Positions 45,381 through 58,624 of a DNA stretch of 64,000 bases are shown piece by piece. The stretch lies in assembly GCF_009914755.1 (NCBI RefSeq), contig NC_060947.1. One strand, 5' to 3'. The notes under the pieces were generated by a model. That model saw only the letters and a program-made list of their open reading frames with translations, did not search any database and had not been told where the DNA came from. The translations under genes and the position numbers were made by a program. The DNA comes from the human T2T-CHM13v2.0 reference genome, Homo sapiens. Numbering within the stretch: position 1 is the stretch's first letter; every line of letters starts with the position of its first letter.

Positions 45381-46574
45381 TAAGAAAGTGGTAAAATCAA
45401 GAGAACAAGTGGAGGGATTAACCTTGCAAAGAGGAGACACACTTTGCTTCAAAGGCCAGAGTTGGTCGAGATAGAAGGTGAAGATACCAAGTGATTTTGA
45501 AGAACGGAGGAGGTAGAGGAGGGAGCTCACATTGGAGGTCTGTATCTTCTGGGTGGAAGGTCATCTGCTGAGAGGAAAATATGCCTTTAGGAGTTTAAGA
45601 ATGGGATAGGCTTGGAAAAGGTGCTTTAGGAAATTCAGTAAAGTATCAGTAGACATTGAATAAAATATTAATAATTGCTGAGAAGTGAGGGCCTGGCTAA
45701 TGTTGGCTCTAGTAGTGACTTTCTCCAGCAGTGCTCACAGCATAGGAGGGGAAGAGGAGACAGTGGGGTTGCTCCAATGCTGAGTGTTGTCAAAGTGAGA
45801 ATGATAGAAGATCTAGGGAATTTATCCAAATAGTCATCCACTGTGGATAAGGAGACAAAGAAGAAGATTGAAGTGATGGACTAGGGTACTAGAAGATTTA
45901 TGGCCATAGTGAGAAAGAAGAACTAGTTCAAAAAGAGTAGGAGAGTTGAAAGAGCATTCTATTTTAATGAGGGAAATTTCAAGCATTTAGGATCTTGAAG
46001 GTGAAACGATTTCTAATAATTGCAAAGTAGGGTAACTGTGTTAGAAATGGCTAAGATTTGTGGAGATCATGGTGCTTGAGAAGCAAGGACTGTGCTGATC
46101 TCTCGGGTCTTCTGGAATCGGGGAATTCCTGGGGGTCTGGCCTTCAATTAAGTGGATTGGGAGGAATGTATAATAGTAGTGTCAAATAAAAGCCAAGTTT
46201 CATTTAATGCCAGAGGTTGAGAGTGAGTTTGAAGACAATTTGGGTATTGGCAGATAATTTGTTTTTAATGCATACTTAAAATCAAAATTTGTCTATGATT
46301 TATTGAGGACTTACTGTGTATCAGGTACTGCGCTAAGCTGTTGATACTCATTATTTCATTTAATTCTCACTAAAAGTCTTCTAAGGTAGGTAACTTTACC
46401 TGTAAGAACTGAAATAGATCAGTAAGGAAATCGAAACTGTAATGATAGGAGGTTGCACTCAGAGAAAAACTTGCTGAATTTATGATTTTAGCTATTAAGA
46501 CGTTCTAGGGAATGGTAAATTCAAGATGTCCCCAGGGAATAGGTAGCTATAAGACCCTCTGGGTTTATGTATTT

Positions 46575-47003
46575 TTTTTTCTTTTTTTCCCCAGCTTTAT
46601 TGAGGTATAACTGATAAATAAAATGGTTTGATTTTAAGGTGTGCAGTGTGATGATTTGATATACATATATTTTGTGGAATGATTACCAGAATCAAATTAG
46701 TTTATATGTATCACTTCACCATGCTGTGTATTATATCCCTTGAACTTACCTGTCATTGAAAGTTTGTGCCCTTTGGCCAACCTCCCAACCTCTCGCCTTT
46801 CCTTTACCTTTGCCTGTGGGAACCAGCATTCTATTCTCTAGTTCAGTGAGTTCAACTTCTCAAAATTCCACGTACAAATAAAATCAGGCAGTTTGTCTTT
46901 CTCTGTCTGACTTACTTCACTCAGCATAATACCCTTGAGGGTTATCCATGTTGTTGTAAATGACAGGATTTCTTTCTTTTTTTTATGGTTGAATGATAAC
47001 CCG

Positions 47004-47046
<43 letters not shown>

Positions 47047-48086
47047 CCACAGTTTCTTCATCCGTTGATCTGTTGGCAGACACTTCGATTAGACACTTAG
47101 GTTGTTTTCATGTTTTGGCTGTTGTGAATAATACTGCAGTGAATATGGGAGTGCAGATATCTTTGCAATTGCTGATTTCATTTGCTTTGGTTGTACACCT
47201 ACTTTGGCTATTCAGAGTCTTTTGTGATTCCATACAAATTTTGCAATTGTTTATTTTTTCTATGTCTGTGAAAAATGCCACTAGAATTGAATCTGTGGAT
47301 TGCTTTGGGTAGTATGGATATTTTAACAACATTAATTCTTCCAATTCATGAACATAGGATATCTTGCCATTCATTTGTATCTTCAATTTTTTCCATTATG
47401 GTTTGATAGTTTTCAATATACAGCTCTTTGACCTCTTGGGTTAAGTTTATTCTTAAGTGTTTTATTCTTTCTGATGCTATTTTAAATGGGATTGCTTTCT
47501 TTCTTTCTTTTTTGGGTAGATCATCTTCGATAGTGTATAGAAATGTAACTGCTTTTTTGTATGTTGACTTTGTATGCTGCAGTTCCCTGAGTTTATTTAT
47601 TAGTTCTAACAGTTTTTTGGTGGCGTATTTAAGATCTTCTATGTATAATATCATGTAATCTGGGAGAAGAGACAATTTTACTTCTTCTTTTCCAATTTGT
47701 ATGTCTTTCATTTCTTTCTCTTGCCTGATTGCTTTGACTAGAACTTCCAGTGCTATGTTAAATAAAAGTGGCAAGAGACTTGTTCCTGATCTTAGAGGAA
47801 AAGCTTTTAGCTTTTCACCATTGGGTATGATATTAGTTGTGGCCTTATCATATATGGCTTTTATTATGTTGAGGTACATATCTTGGATAATTAATTTGTT
47901 GAGAGTTTTTATCACAAAAGGATGTTGAATTTTGCCAAATGCTTTTTCCACATTCATTGAAATGATCATGTTGTTTTTGTCTTTCATTCTATTAATGTGG
48001 TGTATCATGTTTATTGATTTGGATATGTTGAACCATCCTTGCATCTCTGGGATAAAACTTACTGATCATGGTGAATGAGCCTTTTA
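46575..48086 (-). mobile_element. Old L1MA/MB 3' end plus ORF2 RT fragment (continues at 56537)
   Basis: 232-aa ORF2-like ORF 47346-48044, internal deletion near 47185. Confidence 0.85.
47005..47043. repeat. (TG)n microsatellite, about 19 units
   Basis: Direct reading. Confidence 0.95.
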
Positions 48087-48570
48087 CTTTTATTTATTTA
48101 TTTACTTTTTTTTTCAACTTCTATTTTAGGTTCAGGTGTACATGTGAAGATTTGTTACACAGGTAAACTCGTATCATGGGCATTTGTTGTGCAGATTATT
48201 TCATCACCCAGCTGTTAAGCTCATTACCCAGTAGTTGTCTTTTCTGCTCCTCTCCTTGCTCCCACCCATTACCCTCAGGTGTCTGTGGTTTCCTTCTTTG
48301 TGTTTGTAAGTTCTCATCATTTAAGTTCTCATCATTTAGCTCCCACTTATAAGTAAGAACATGTGGTATTTGGTTTTCTGTTCCTGCGTTTACTTGCTAA
48401 GGATAATAGCCTACAGCTCCATCCATGTTCATGCAAAAGACATGATCTCATTTCTTTTTATGGCTGCATAGTATTCCATGGTGTATATGTACCAATTTTT
48501 TTAATCCAATCTGTTATTGGTGAACATTTGGGTTGATTCCATATCTTTGCTATTGTGAATAGTGCTGTCA
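48087..48570 (-). mobile_element. L1PA13-like 3' end
   Basis: L1 3'UTR, with a 15-bp tandem duplication aagttctcatcattt at about 48308-48337. Confidence 0.8.
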
Positions 48571-51500
48571 AGCTACCCTTCTAAGTGGCTGTATCATTTT
48601 GCATTCCTACTAGCAATGAATGAGACTTCCTGTTTCTCCATGTTCTCCCCAGCATTTACCGTCGTCAATGTTTCAGATTTTCACCCTGCTAGTAGGTATA
48701 CAGTGGTATATCATTGTTGTTTTAATTTGTAATTCTCCAATGATATGCTGTTAAGCATCTTTTCATACGCTTATTTGTCATCTGTGTATCTTTGATGAAG
48801 TATCTGTTCAGATATTTTGCCCATTTAAAAAAAATTTTAATAGATTTTCAGGAACAGGTGGTTTTAGGTTAAATGGGTGAGTTCTTTAGTGGTGATTTCT
48901 GAGATTTTGGTGCACCTGTCACCTGAGCAGTTTACACTGTCTCCAGTGTGCAGTATTTTGTCCCTTACCCCCTCCCAGTATTCCCAAGTCCCCAAAGTGC
49001 ATTATCTTAATTTTATGCCTTTGCATCCTGATAGCTTAGCCCCCACTTATTAGTGAAAACATGATAGTTGGTTTTCAATACCTGAGTTACTTCACTTGGA
49101 ATAATGTTCTCCAACTTCATCTGGGTTGCTGCAAATGCCATTATTTTCTTCCTTTTTATGTCTGAGTACTATTCCATGTTGTATACATACCACATTTTCT
49201 TGATCCACTCATTGGTTGATGGGCATTTGGGTTGGTTACATATTTTCACAATTGTAAATTGTGCTGCTGTAAACATGCATGTGCAAGTGACTTTTTTATA
49301 TAATGACTTTTTTTCTTTGGGTAAATACCCAGTAGTGGGGTTGCTGGATCAAATAGTAGTTCTACTTTTAGTTCTTTAATGAATCTCCATACTGTTTTCC
49401 ATAGTGGTTGTACTAGCTTACATTCTCACCAGCAGTGTAAAAGTGTTCCCTTTTCACCACATCCACACCAACATCTATTATTTTTTTATTTTTAATTATG
49501 GCCATTCTTGCAGGAGTGAGATGGTATCGTATTGTGGTTTTAATTTCCATTTCCCAGATAATTAGTGATGTTAAGCATTTTTTCATATGTTTGTTGGACA
49601 TTTGCATATTTTGAGAATTGTCTATTCATGACCTTCACCTACTTTTTGATGCAAATTATTTGTTCTTTTCTTGATTTGTTTGAGTTCCTTGTAGATACTG
49701 GATATTAGTCCTTTGTCAGATGCATAGTTTATGAGTATTTTCTCCCACTCTGTTGGTTGTCTGTTTTCTCTGCTATTTTGTTTGCTGTGTAGAAACTTTT
49801 TAGTTTAATTAAGTCCCATCTATTTATTTTTGTTTTTGTTGAATTTGCTTTTGGGTTCTTGGTCATGAACTACTCTTTGCCTAAGCCAATGTCTAGAAGA
49901 GTTTTTCTGATGTTATCTTCTGGAATTTTTATGGTTTCAGGTCTTAGATTTAAGTCTTTGATCCATGTTGAGTTGATTTTTGTATAAGGTGAGAGATAAG
50001 GATCCAGTTTAATTCTTCTACATGTGGCTTGTCAGTTATTCCAACATGATTTGTTGAACAGGGTGTGTGTGCTTTTCCCACTCTGTTTTTATTTGCTTTG
50101 CCTAAGATCAATTGGCTGTAAGTATTTGGCTTTATTTCTTGGTTCTCTACTGTGTTCCATTGGTCTACGTGCCTACTTTTATACCAGTACCATGTTTTGG
50201 TAACTGTAGCCTAGTTTGTAGTATAGTTTGAAGTTGGGTAATACGATGCCTTCAGATTTGTTCTTTTTGCTTAGTATTACTTCAGCTATGTGGGCTCTTT
50301 TTTGGTTCCATATGAATTTAAGGATTGTTTTCTTCTAGTTCTGTGGAGAATGATGATGATATTTTGATGTGAATTGTATTGAATCCGTAGATCACTTTTG
50401 GCAGTATGGTCATTTTCACAATATTGATTGTACCCATCCATGAGCATGGGATATGATTCCATTTGTTTGTGTCATCTATAATTTCTTTCAGTAGTGTTTT
50501 ATAGTTTTCTTGTAGAGATCTTCCACCTCCTGAAGTTTTTTTGTTTGTTTATTTTTTTGTTTCTGTTTTGCAGCTGTCGTAAAAGGGATTGAATTATTGA
50601 TTTGATTCTCAGCTTGATCGTTGTTGGTGTATAGCAGTCCTACTGATTTGTGTACATTGATTTTGTAACCTGAGACTTTACTGAATCATTTGTTAGATCT
50701 AGGAGCTTTTTGGATGAGTTCTTAGACTTTTCTAGGTATACTATCATATCATTGGTGAACAGCAGTGGTTTGACTTCCTCTTTTCTGATTTGGGTGCCCT
50801 TTATTTCTTTCTCTTGTCTGATTTCTTTGGCTAGGACTTCCAGTATCATGTTGAATAGAAGTGGTGACAGTGGTTATCCTTGTGTTGTTTCAGGTCTCAT
50901 TGGAATGCTTTCAGTTTTTCCCCATTTAGTATGGTATTGGCTGTGGGTTTGTCATAAATGGCTTTTATTACCTTGAGATCTGTCCCTTCTATGCCAGTTT
51001 TGCAGAAGGTTTTTATCATGAAGGGAGCCAGGAGTTTTTCAAATGCTTTTTCTGCTTCTGTTGAGGTGATCTTATGATCTTATGATTTTTAGTTTTAATT
51101 CCGTTTATGTGATGTATCACGTTTATTGACCTGTGTATGTTAAACCATCCCTGCCTCCCTGGTATGAAACCCACTTGCTCATCTTTTTGATATGCTGTTT
51201 GGATTCAGTTAGCTAGTATTTTGTTGAGGATTTTTGCATCTGTGTTCATCAGGGATATTGGTCTGTAGTTTTCTTTTTTTTGTATGTCCTTTCCTGGTTT
51301 TGGTATTTGGGTAATACTGGCTTCATAGAATGATCTAGGGAGGACTCCCTCTTTCTTTATTTTTTGTAATAGTTTCAGTAGGATTGGTACCAATTCTTCT
51401 TTGAGTGTCTGATACAGCTTAGCTGTGAATCCATCTGGTCCTGGAATCTGTTTTTGTTGGCAATTTTTAAATTACTGTTTCGATTTCGCTATTGGTCTGT

Positions 51501-54012
51501 TCAGTTTCTGTTTCTTCCTTATTTAATCTAGGAGGATTGTGTATTTCTGGGAATGTATCCATCTATGCTAGGTTTTCTAGTTTGTGTGCACAAAGGTGTT
51601 CTTAGTAGCCTTCAATGATCTTTTGCATTTCTATGGTATCAGTTGTAATATCTCCCTTTTCATTTCTACGTGAGCTGATTTGGATATTCTCTCTTCTTTA
51701 ATCTCTCTAATGGTCAATCAGTTTTCTTAATCGTTTCAAATAAACAGATCCTTGTTTTATTTATCTCTTGTATTTTTTTGTTTCAATTTTATTTGGTCCT
51801 GCTCTGATTTTGTTATTTCTTTTCTTCTAGCTTTAGGTTTAGTTTGACCTTGTTTCTCCAGTTCCTAGAGGTGTGATATTTGATTGTCAATATTTGGGCT
51901 CTTTCACACTTCTTGATGTAGGCATTTAATACCATGAACTTTCCTCTTAGCACTACTTTTGCTGTATCCCAGAGGTTTTGATAAGTTGTGTTACTGTTAT
52001 TCAGGTCAAAGACTTTTTAAATTTCCATCTTAATTTCATTGTTGGCCCAAAGATCATTCATTAGTAGATTATTTAATTTACATGTATTTGTATAGTTTTG
52101 AGGGTTCCCTTTGGAGTTATTTCAGTTTTATTCTACAGTGGTCTGAAAAGATGCTTAATATGATTTTGATTTTCTTAAATTTATTCAGAAGTGTTTTGTG
52201 TCCTATCATGTGGTCTGTCTTGGAGAATGTTCCATGTCCTGATGAAAAGAATGTATATTCTGCAGTTTTGGGGTAATAAGTTCTATAAATATCTAAGTCC
52301 ATTTGTTCTAGGATGTAGTTTAAATCCATTGTTTCTTTGTTGACTTTCTGTCTTGATGACCTGTCTAGTGCTGTCAGTGTAGTATTGAAGTCCCCTACCC
52401 TACTATTATTGTGTTGCTGTCTATCTCATTTCTTAGGTCTAGTAGGAATTGTTTTATGAATTTTGGAGCTCCCGTGTTAGGTACATATGTGTTTAAGACT
52501 GTGATATTTTCCTGTTGGGGTAGTCCTCTTATCACTATATAATATCCCTCTTTGTCTTTTTAAACTGTTGTTATTTTAAAGTGTGTTTTGTCTGATATAA
52601 GAGTAGCTACTCCTGCTCACTTTTGGTGTCCATCTGCATGGACTATCTTTTTCTACCCCTTTACCTTAAGTATATGTGAGTCCTTATGTGTTAAGTGAGT
52701 CTCAGCAATTACTTGGTTGGTGGATTTTTATTCATTCTGCCATTCTTTATGTTTTAAGTGGAGCATTTAGGCCATTTACTATCAGCGTTAGTATTGAGAT
52801 GTGAGGTACTGTTCTATTTATCATGCTAGTTGTTGCCTGAATACCTTTTTTTTAAATTGCATTATTGTTTTATAGGCCTTGTGAGATTTATGCTTTTAGT
52901 TGGTTGTATTTTGGTGTATTTTGAGGTTTTCTTTCAAGATTTAGAACTGCTTTTAGCAGTTCTTGTAGTGCTGGCTTGGTAGTGGCAAATTCTCAGCATT
53001 TTTTTTTTTTTGTCTGAAAACGACTTTATCTCTCCTTTATTTATGAAGTTTAGGTTTGCTGGAAACAAAATTACTGGCTGACAATTATTTTATTTAAGGA
53101 GGTTAAAGATAGGACCCCAATTCCTTCTGGCTGTAAAGTTTCTGCTAGGAAATTTGCTGTTAGTCTGATAGGTTTTTCTTTATAGTTTACCTGATGCTTT
53201 TGTCTCACAGCTCTTAAGATTCTTTCCTTCACCTTGAGTTTAGATAACCCGATGACTGTGTGTCTCGGTGATGATCTTTTTTGTGATGAATTTCCCAGAA
53301 GTTCTTTGAGCTTCTTTTAGTTGGATGTTTAGATCTCTAGCAAGACCAGGGAATTTTTTCTCAATTATTCCTTCAAACGAGTTTTCCAAACTTTGAGATT
53401 TCTCTTCTTCCTCAGGAACACCAATTATTATTAGATTTGACCATTTAACATAATCCTCAGTTTATTGGAAGCTTTGTTCATTTTTTTAGATTGCTTTTTC
53501 CTTGTCTTTTTCTGATTGGGTTAATTCGAAAGCCTTGTCTTCGAGCTCTGAAATTCTTTCTTCTACTGGTTCTAGTCTATTTTTGAAAATTTCCACTGCA
53601 TTTTATATTTCACTAAGCATGTCTTTCATTTCCAGAAGTTGTGATTGGTTTTTCTTTATGATACCTATTTCTATGGAAAAGGTTTCATTCATATCCTGTA
53701 TTTTTTAAAAAAATTATCTAAGGTCTTTTTCACCTTTCTGTGGTATCTCCTTGAGTAGTTTAATAATCAGCCTTCTAAATTCTTTATCTGGCAATTCAGA
53801 GATTTCTTCTTGGTTTGGATCCACTGCTTGGGGAGCTCGTGTGATTATTTGGGGGTGTTATAGAACCCTGTATTGTCATTACCAGAATTACTTTTCTGGT
53901 TTCTTCTCATTTGTGTAGACTATTTCTTAAAATTGTTCTTGAATCTTTTTTTGATTGGACTTCTTTTTTATTTTAAATTTCTTTTTTTCCTTCTTAAGGA
54001 TCGGACTTTAAT

Positions 54013-54343
<331 letters not shown>

Positions 54344-54666
54344 TAATATTTATTTTAGCCTAATTTGGTTCTTTGTGCTTGTAGGGGTGAAGACTCTGTA
54401 TGAGATCCTTAGTTATAAAGAGAGCCTTTGTGTGCTGGCTTTCCCTGATGCTGGTTGTGGTAGTTATATTTGTGGTGTGTGGGTGAGTTCACTGTCTCCT
54501 ATGGAGTTGGAATGGCAGGGATCTTTTGAAGGTTATCTCATTCTCTCATGGCATACAATTTATTTATTTACTTTATTTTTTCCATTGTTTTATTTACTAA
54601 ATTGATGATTCAGTCTTCAGTCTAATAAGGAAAGTATCCCTGGATAGTCACCAGTTGTGGCTAAGA

Positions 54667-54740
54667 TAGGGTTGGTACAAAAGGAATTGAGGTTTTTGCC
54701 ATTGATGGCAAAAACCTCAATTCCTTTTGTACCAACCTAA
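54667..54740. mobile_element. MADE1 (Hsmar1-derived MITE) palindrome
   Basis: ggttggtacaaaaggaattgaggtttttgccat-tg-atggcaaaaacctcaattccttttgtaccaacc, a perfect 33-bp inverted repeat. Confidence 0.92.
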
Positions 54741-56586
54741 TAATGCCCAACTGTGGGCCAAGGTCCCAACCTTGATGAGGGTTGCTGGGGGAGCTCTCAG
54801 TGAGATCTGCTGAGGTTTTATCAGAGTGAAGAGTGGGAGCTACCTCAGCTCCCCTGCCAGGTCAGCAGGAAAGTTATTCACGTCATAGCCTCACTCCTGT
54901 CTTTGTGTTTCAGCTACTTGGATCATACAGGCACATCTTTTCATGTATAGGAATGTTGATCTTCCAGGTAGCGGGGAATTGTGACTCTGCCTCTCATGCT
55001 GGCCTGAACCTGGAGTGTACTCCTCTTACGGGGATACACTCACCCTGGATTGTTCCAGCAAGCCTGTCTATACATTCCTCTAGGCTGCGTTCCTGTTGGG
55101 GAAGCCCCTGCTGTGTCTTCAGTGGAGTGCCGGGGGGTACAAGGTCCCCTTCTCCAAGACGTTTTATGATCACAGAGGCTGCCTGCCTGTTGGGGTATAG
55201 GTGTAGACTTTCTCTACTGTGCCCAGCATTGCAATTGTGTCTCTGCTGTGAGAAACTACCCACCAGCAGAAAGATCCAGAACTCAAGTCCTGCTGTTCAG
55301 ATTCTTTTATCCCATGGGGCAATCACCTGACGTGGTGCTCTCCCTCTTCTTAGGAGCAGGGTTATTCTGTCATGAGTTGCTGTAATGGCCTGAGATAATT
55401 GGCCTCCAGTCAGGAGGTAACACATTCAAGATAACACCAGCTGTGGTAGCAGTAGTGGGATATAAGCTTGCCCTAAGTTTGCCAGAGGAAGTATTCTGTT
55501 TTCTCAGGTAATGGGCAGGGCCATAAAGCTCCCAAGAGTTCACGTCTTTTGTACTTGGTTACCAGGGCAGGTTGGAAAATACCACCACGTGGGGGCAGGG
55601 TTATTAAGTGGATCTGAGCTTAGACTCTTCTTGCACGGGGCTTGCATAGGCCTGTGTGGGGGTTGAGGGAGGTGGTTCTCAGGCCAATGGGGTTATGTTC
55701 CAGAGGGGATTATGGCTGCCTCTGCTGTGCAGTATAGTTCTCCAGGGATTTGGAGTATAGCCAGTAGTGAAAGGACTCACCCAGCTCCCATGCATTTGGC
55801 GAGGCCGATCTTGATTCTGCAGTGCCCTGCTAACAGTTTAGATCCAGGCAGCCTGTGCACAGAGCTCAGACCTGCCCTGGGCCATAAGTTGCCTTGCTAA
55901 GAACACAAGCGCGGCTTTCAGGCCCTCTTCCCTCTCTGTGTGCTCACAGTGTCAGTGATTCCTATGCTCGTATTTGCAGCAGTTCCCGTTCACACCCCCT
56001 ATATTCTGCTCAAGAATGTTTGTGCCCAGTCAAAATTATTACAAAATTCAGTTGGAAGTTTCTTTCACCCTTTGACCGCTCCCTAATTCTGCTGGCTGTC
56101 TTCTCTGAGGGCCCCTGTGAGATATAGTTAGGGATGGCTTCCCTGGGCTTGAGCTGGAGACTCTGAGTGCCTACGAGGTCCTTCCCCACTGCTGCTTTTA
56201 ACTTTATATTTCATGCGGCTCCTGAAATCTATTCCAGCTCTAGGCAAGGTTAAATCCTTCTCCCATGATCTGGATTTTTAGATTCCCCAGTGGAATGTGT
56301 GTTTGGAGGCAGGTTTTCACCCTCTCTCACTTTGGGAACTCACCCATCTCATGGAATTTGCAGCAGCGCTCCACTACCATCAAAGGATCTGTGAATTCTT
56401 TTGGTTTTCCTGGTATGTTCCTGCAGTGGTTCTTGGAACAAAAGTTCATGGTATGAGTCTCCACACACTGTTCTGTCTGTCCAAGTGGGAGATGCTTGTT
56501 AGCCCTGCTTCCTATTTGCTATTTTCCTCCCATCCATGAATGAGTCTTTTAATGTGCTGTTGAATTTAGATTGCTAGTATTTTGTT

Positions 56587-57007
56587 GAGGACTTTAGCAT
56601 CTATGTTGCATTAGACCATTTTTGCATTGCTATAAAGGAATACCTGAAGCTAGCTAATTTGTGAAAAGAGGTTTTATTTTTGGCTTACAGTACTGCAGGC
56701 TGTACAGGAAGCATGGTGCTGACATGTTTATGGTGAGAGCCTCAGGAAGCTAACTATCATGCCAGAAGACAATGAGGAGCCAGTATGTCATATGGTGAGA
56801 GTGGCAGCAAGAAAGTAAGTGGGGAGGTGCTACAAAATTTTAAACAACCAGATCTTGCAAAAACTCACTCACTATTATGAGGACAGCACCAAGTTATTTA
56901 TGAGGGACTGCTCCCATGATCCAGTAACCTCCCACCGGGCCCCACCTTCAAATTTGAGATGACATTTCAACATGAGATTTGGAGGGGACAAACATCCAAA
57001 TGTGATC
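56587..57007 (-). mobile_element. MST (MaLR) solo LTR
   Basis: tgcattagaccatttttgcattgctataaaggaatacctga ... gagggacaaacatccaaa. Confidence 0.85.
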
Positions 57008-57009
57008 GG

Positions 57010-58560
57010 TGATTCAGTTGATGGGTTTTCTTCACTATTTTTCATTCTTTTTTTTTTTATCTTCTCAATGGATAATTTCATAAGATCTGCCTTCAAGTTT
57101 GCAGATTCTTTCTTCTGTTTGATCATGTCTGCTGTTTGAAGCTCTCTTTTACATTTTTATTTCATTCATTATATTCTTCAGTTCTAAAATTTTTGTTTGC
57201 TTCTTTTTGATAATTTCTGTTTCTTTGTTGAACTTGTTTTGTTTATTACTCTCCTGAGTTCATTGAGCTGTATGTGTTCTCTTGTATCTCACTGATCTTC
57301 CTTAAAATAATTATTTTTAATTCTTTTTCAGATAACATAGATCTCTGTTTCTTTGAGATCACTTACTGCATAGTTACTGTGTTTCTTTAGTGGTATCATA
57401 TTTCCTTGATGTTTTCATTTTTCTGGCAGCCTTACGTTTATATGTGTGCAGTCTGTGGTGGCTATAGTGGCTAGGGCTCTTGTGGTCTTTGGTCGTGGTG
57501 GCTGCTGGGTTCCTCCTGCACTCCTTTTCTCTCATGGGGGGATATTCTAGCCAAGGTTATTCCTCTTGGCACTGGTTGTGGCATGCTGGCATTCACACAA
57601 CCGCAGCTGTGGTGATGCTGGGATTGGGGCAGATGCATGATCAGTGGCTGCTATGGTTTGAATGTGGGTGTTCCCTTCAATTTTATATGTTGGAAACTAA
57701 TACCGTATGTGACAGTTTTAATAAGTGAGGCCTATCTGAAAGATATTGAGTCATGAGGGCTCTGCCCTCACAAATGGGATTAGTGCCCCCATAATAGAGA
57801 TTGAAGGGAATGTACTTACTTCTTCTGCCATGTAAGGATGCTGGAAGAAGTTACCATCTTTGAAACACAGAGCCAGCCCTCATTAGAGACTGTTAATCTT
57901 CTGTTGCCTTGATATGTGACTTTCCAGCCTCCAGAACTGTAAGCAATACATTTCTATAATTTATAAATAATCCAGCTTAAGTCATTTTGTTATAGCAGCC
58001 CAAAGAGGCTAAGACAGTGATGGTGGTACCAGTGCTTAAGGCACAGGTATTTGGAGTAGCAGCTGACGTGAGGATCTGTGGTTAGGTGTGCACGGAACTG
58101 CTGTGGCATTTGGGGACTGGGGCACAGACGTACTTGCTGGGGTAGTAGTGCCAGTGATTAAGACATGGTCTTGTGCAGATCATCTACAGAGTTCAGGGTG
58201 GGTCTCTAGGACATTCCACAATGACTTGACCTCATGGGGAAGGGATATAACAGTAACACAGATCCAGCAGTGACAGGACCAAGAAGAGGACTGGGCTGTG
58301 GGTCTGTGGTGCAACTAGTGTGGCCCAAGGGGTAGCTGGTTGTAGCCAAAATTCAGGCCCCAGGGAGTGGGGCAAACAGCAGTGATAGCTGTGACTTAAG
58401 CCCCAGAGTGTAGAGTCTAGAGCAGTGGCAGCATAACCCCAGTGATGGTTATCAAAGCCCTGGCTCAAGACCCATGGGCTAGGGCACAGAATAGTGGGAA
58501 TGCATCCTCAGTAAGGACATGTGAAAGCCCTGATTCAAGACCTATGGGTGGGGTGCTGAA
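57010..58560 (-). mobile_element. Old L1M ORF1/5'UTR with nested MSTD/MLT1A LTR (about 57649-58016, +)
   Basis: ORF1-like antisense text. LTR tgctatggtttgaatgtg...ctaagaca. Confidence 0.65.
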
Positions 58561-58624
58561 CAGAGGCATTGTCAGCAGGATCGGTGATGATGATATGACT
58601 GGTCAAAACCCTGACTCAGAGAAA

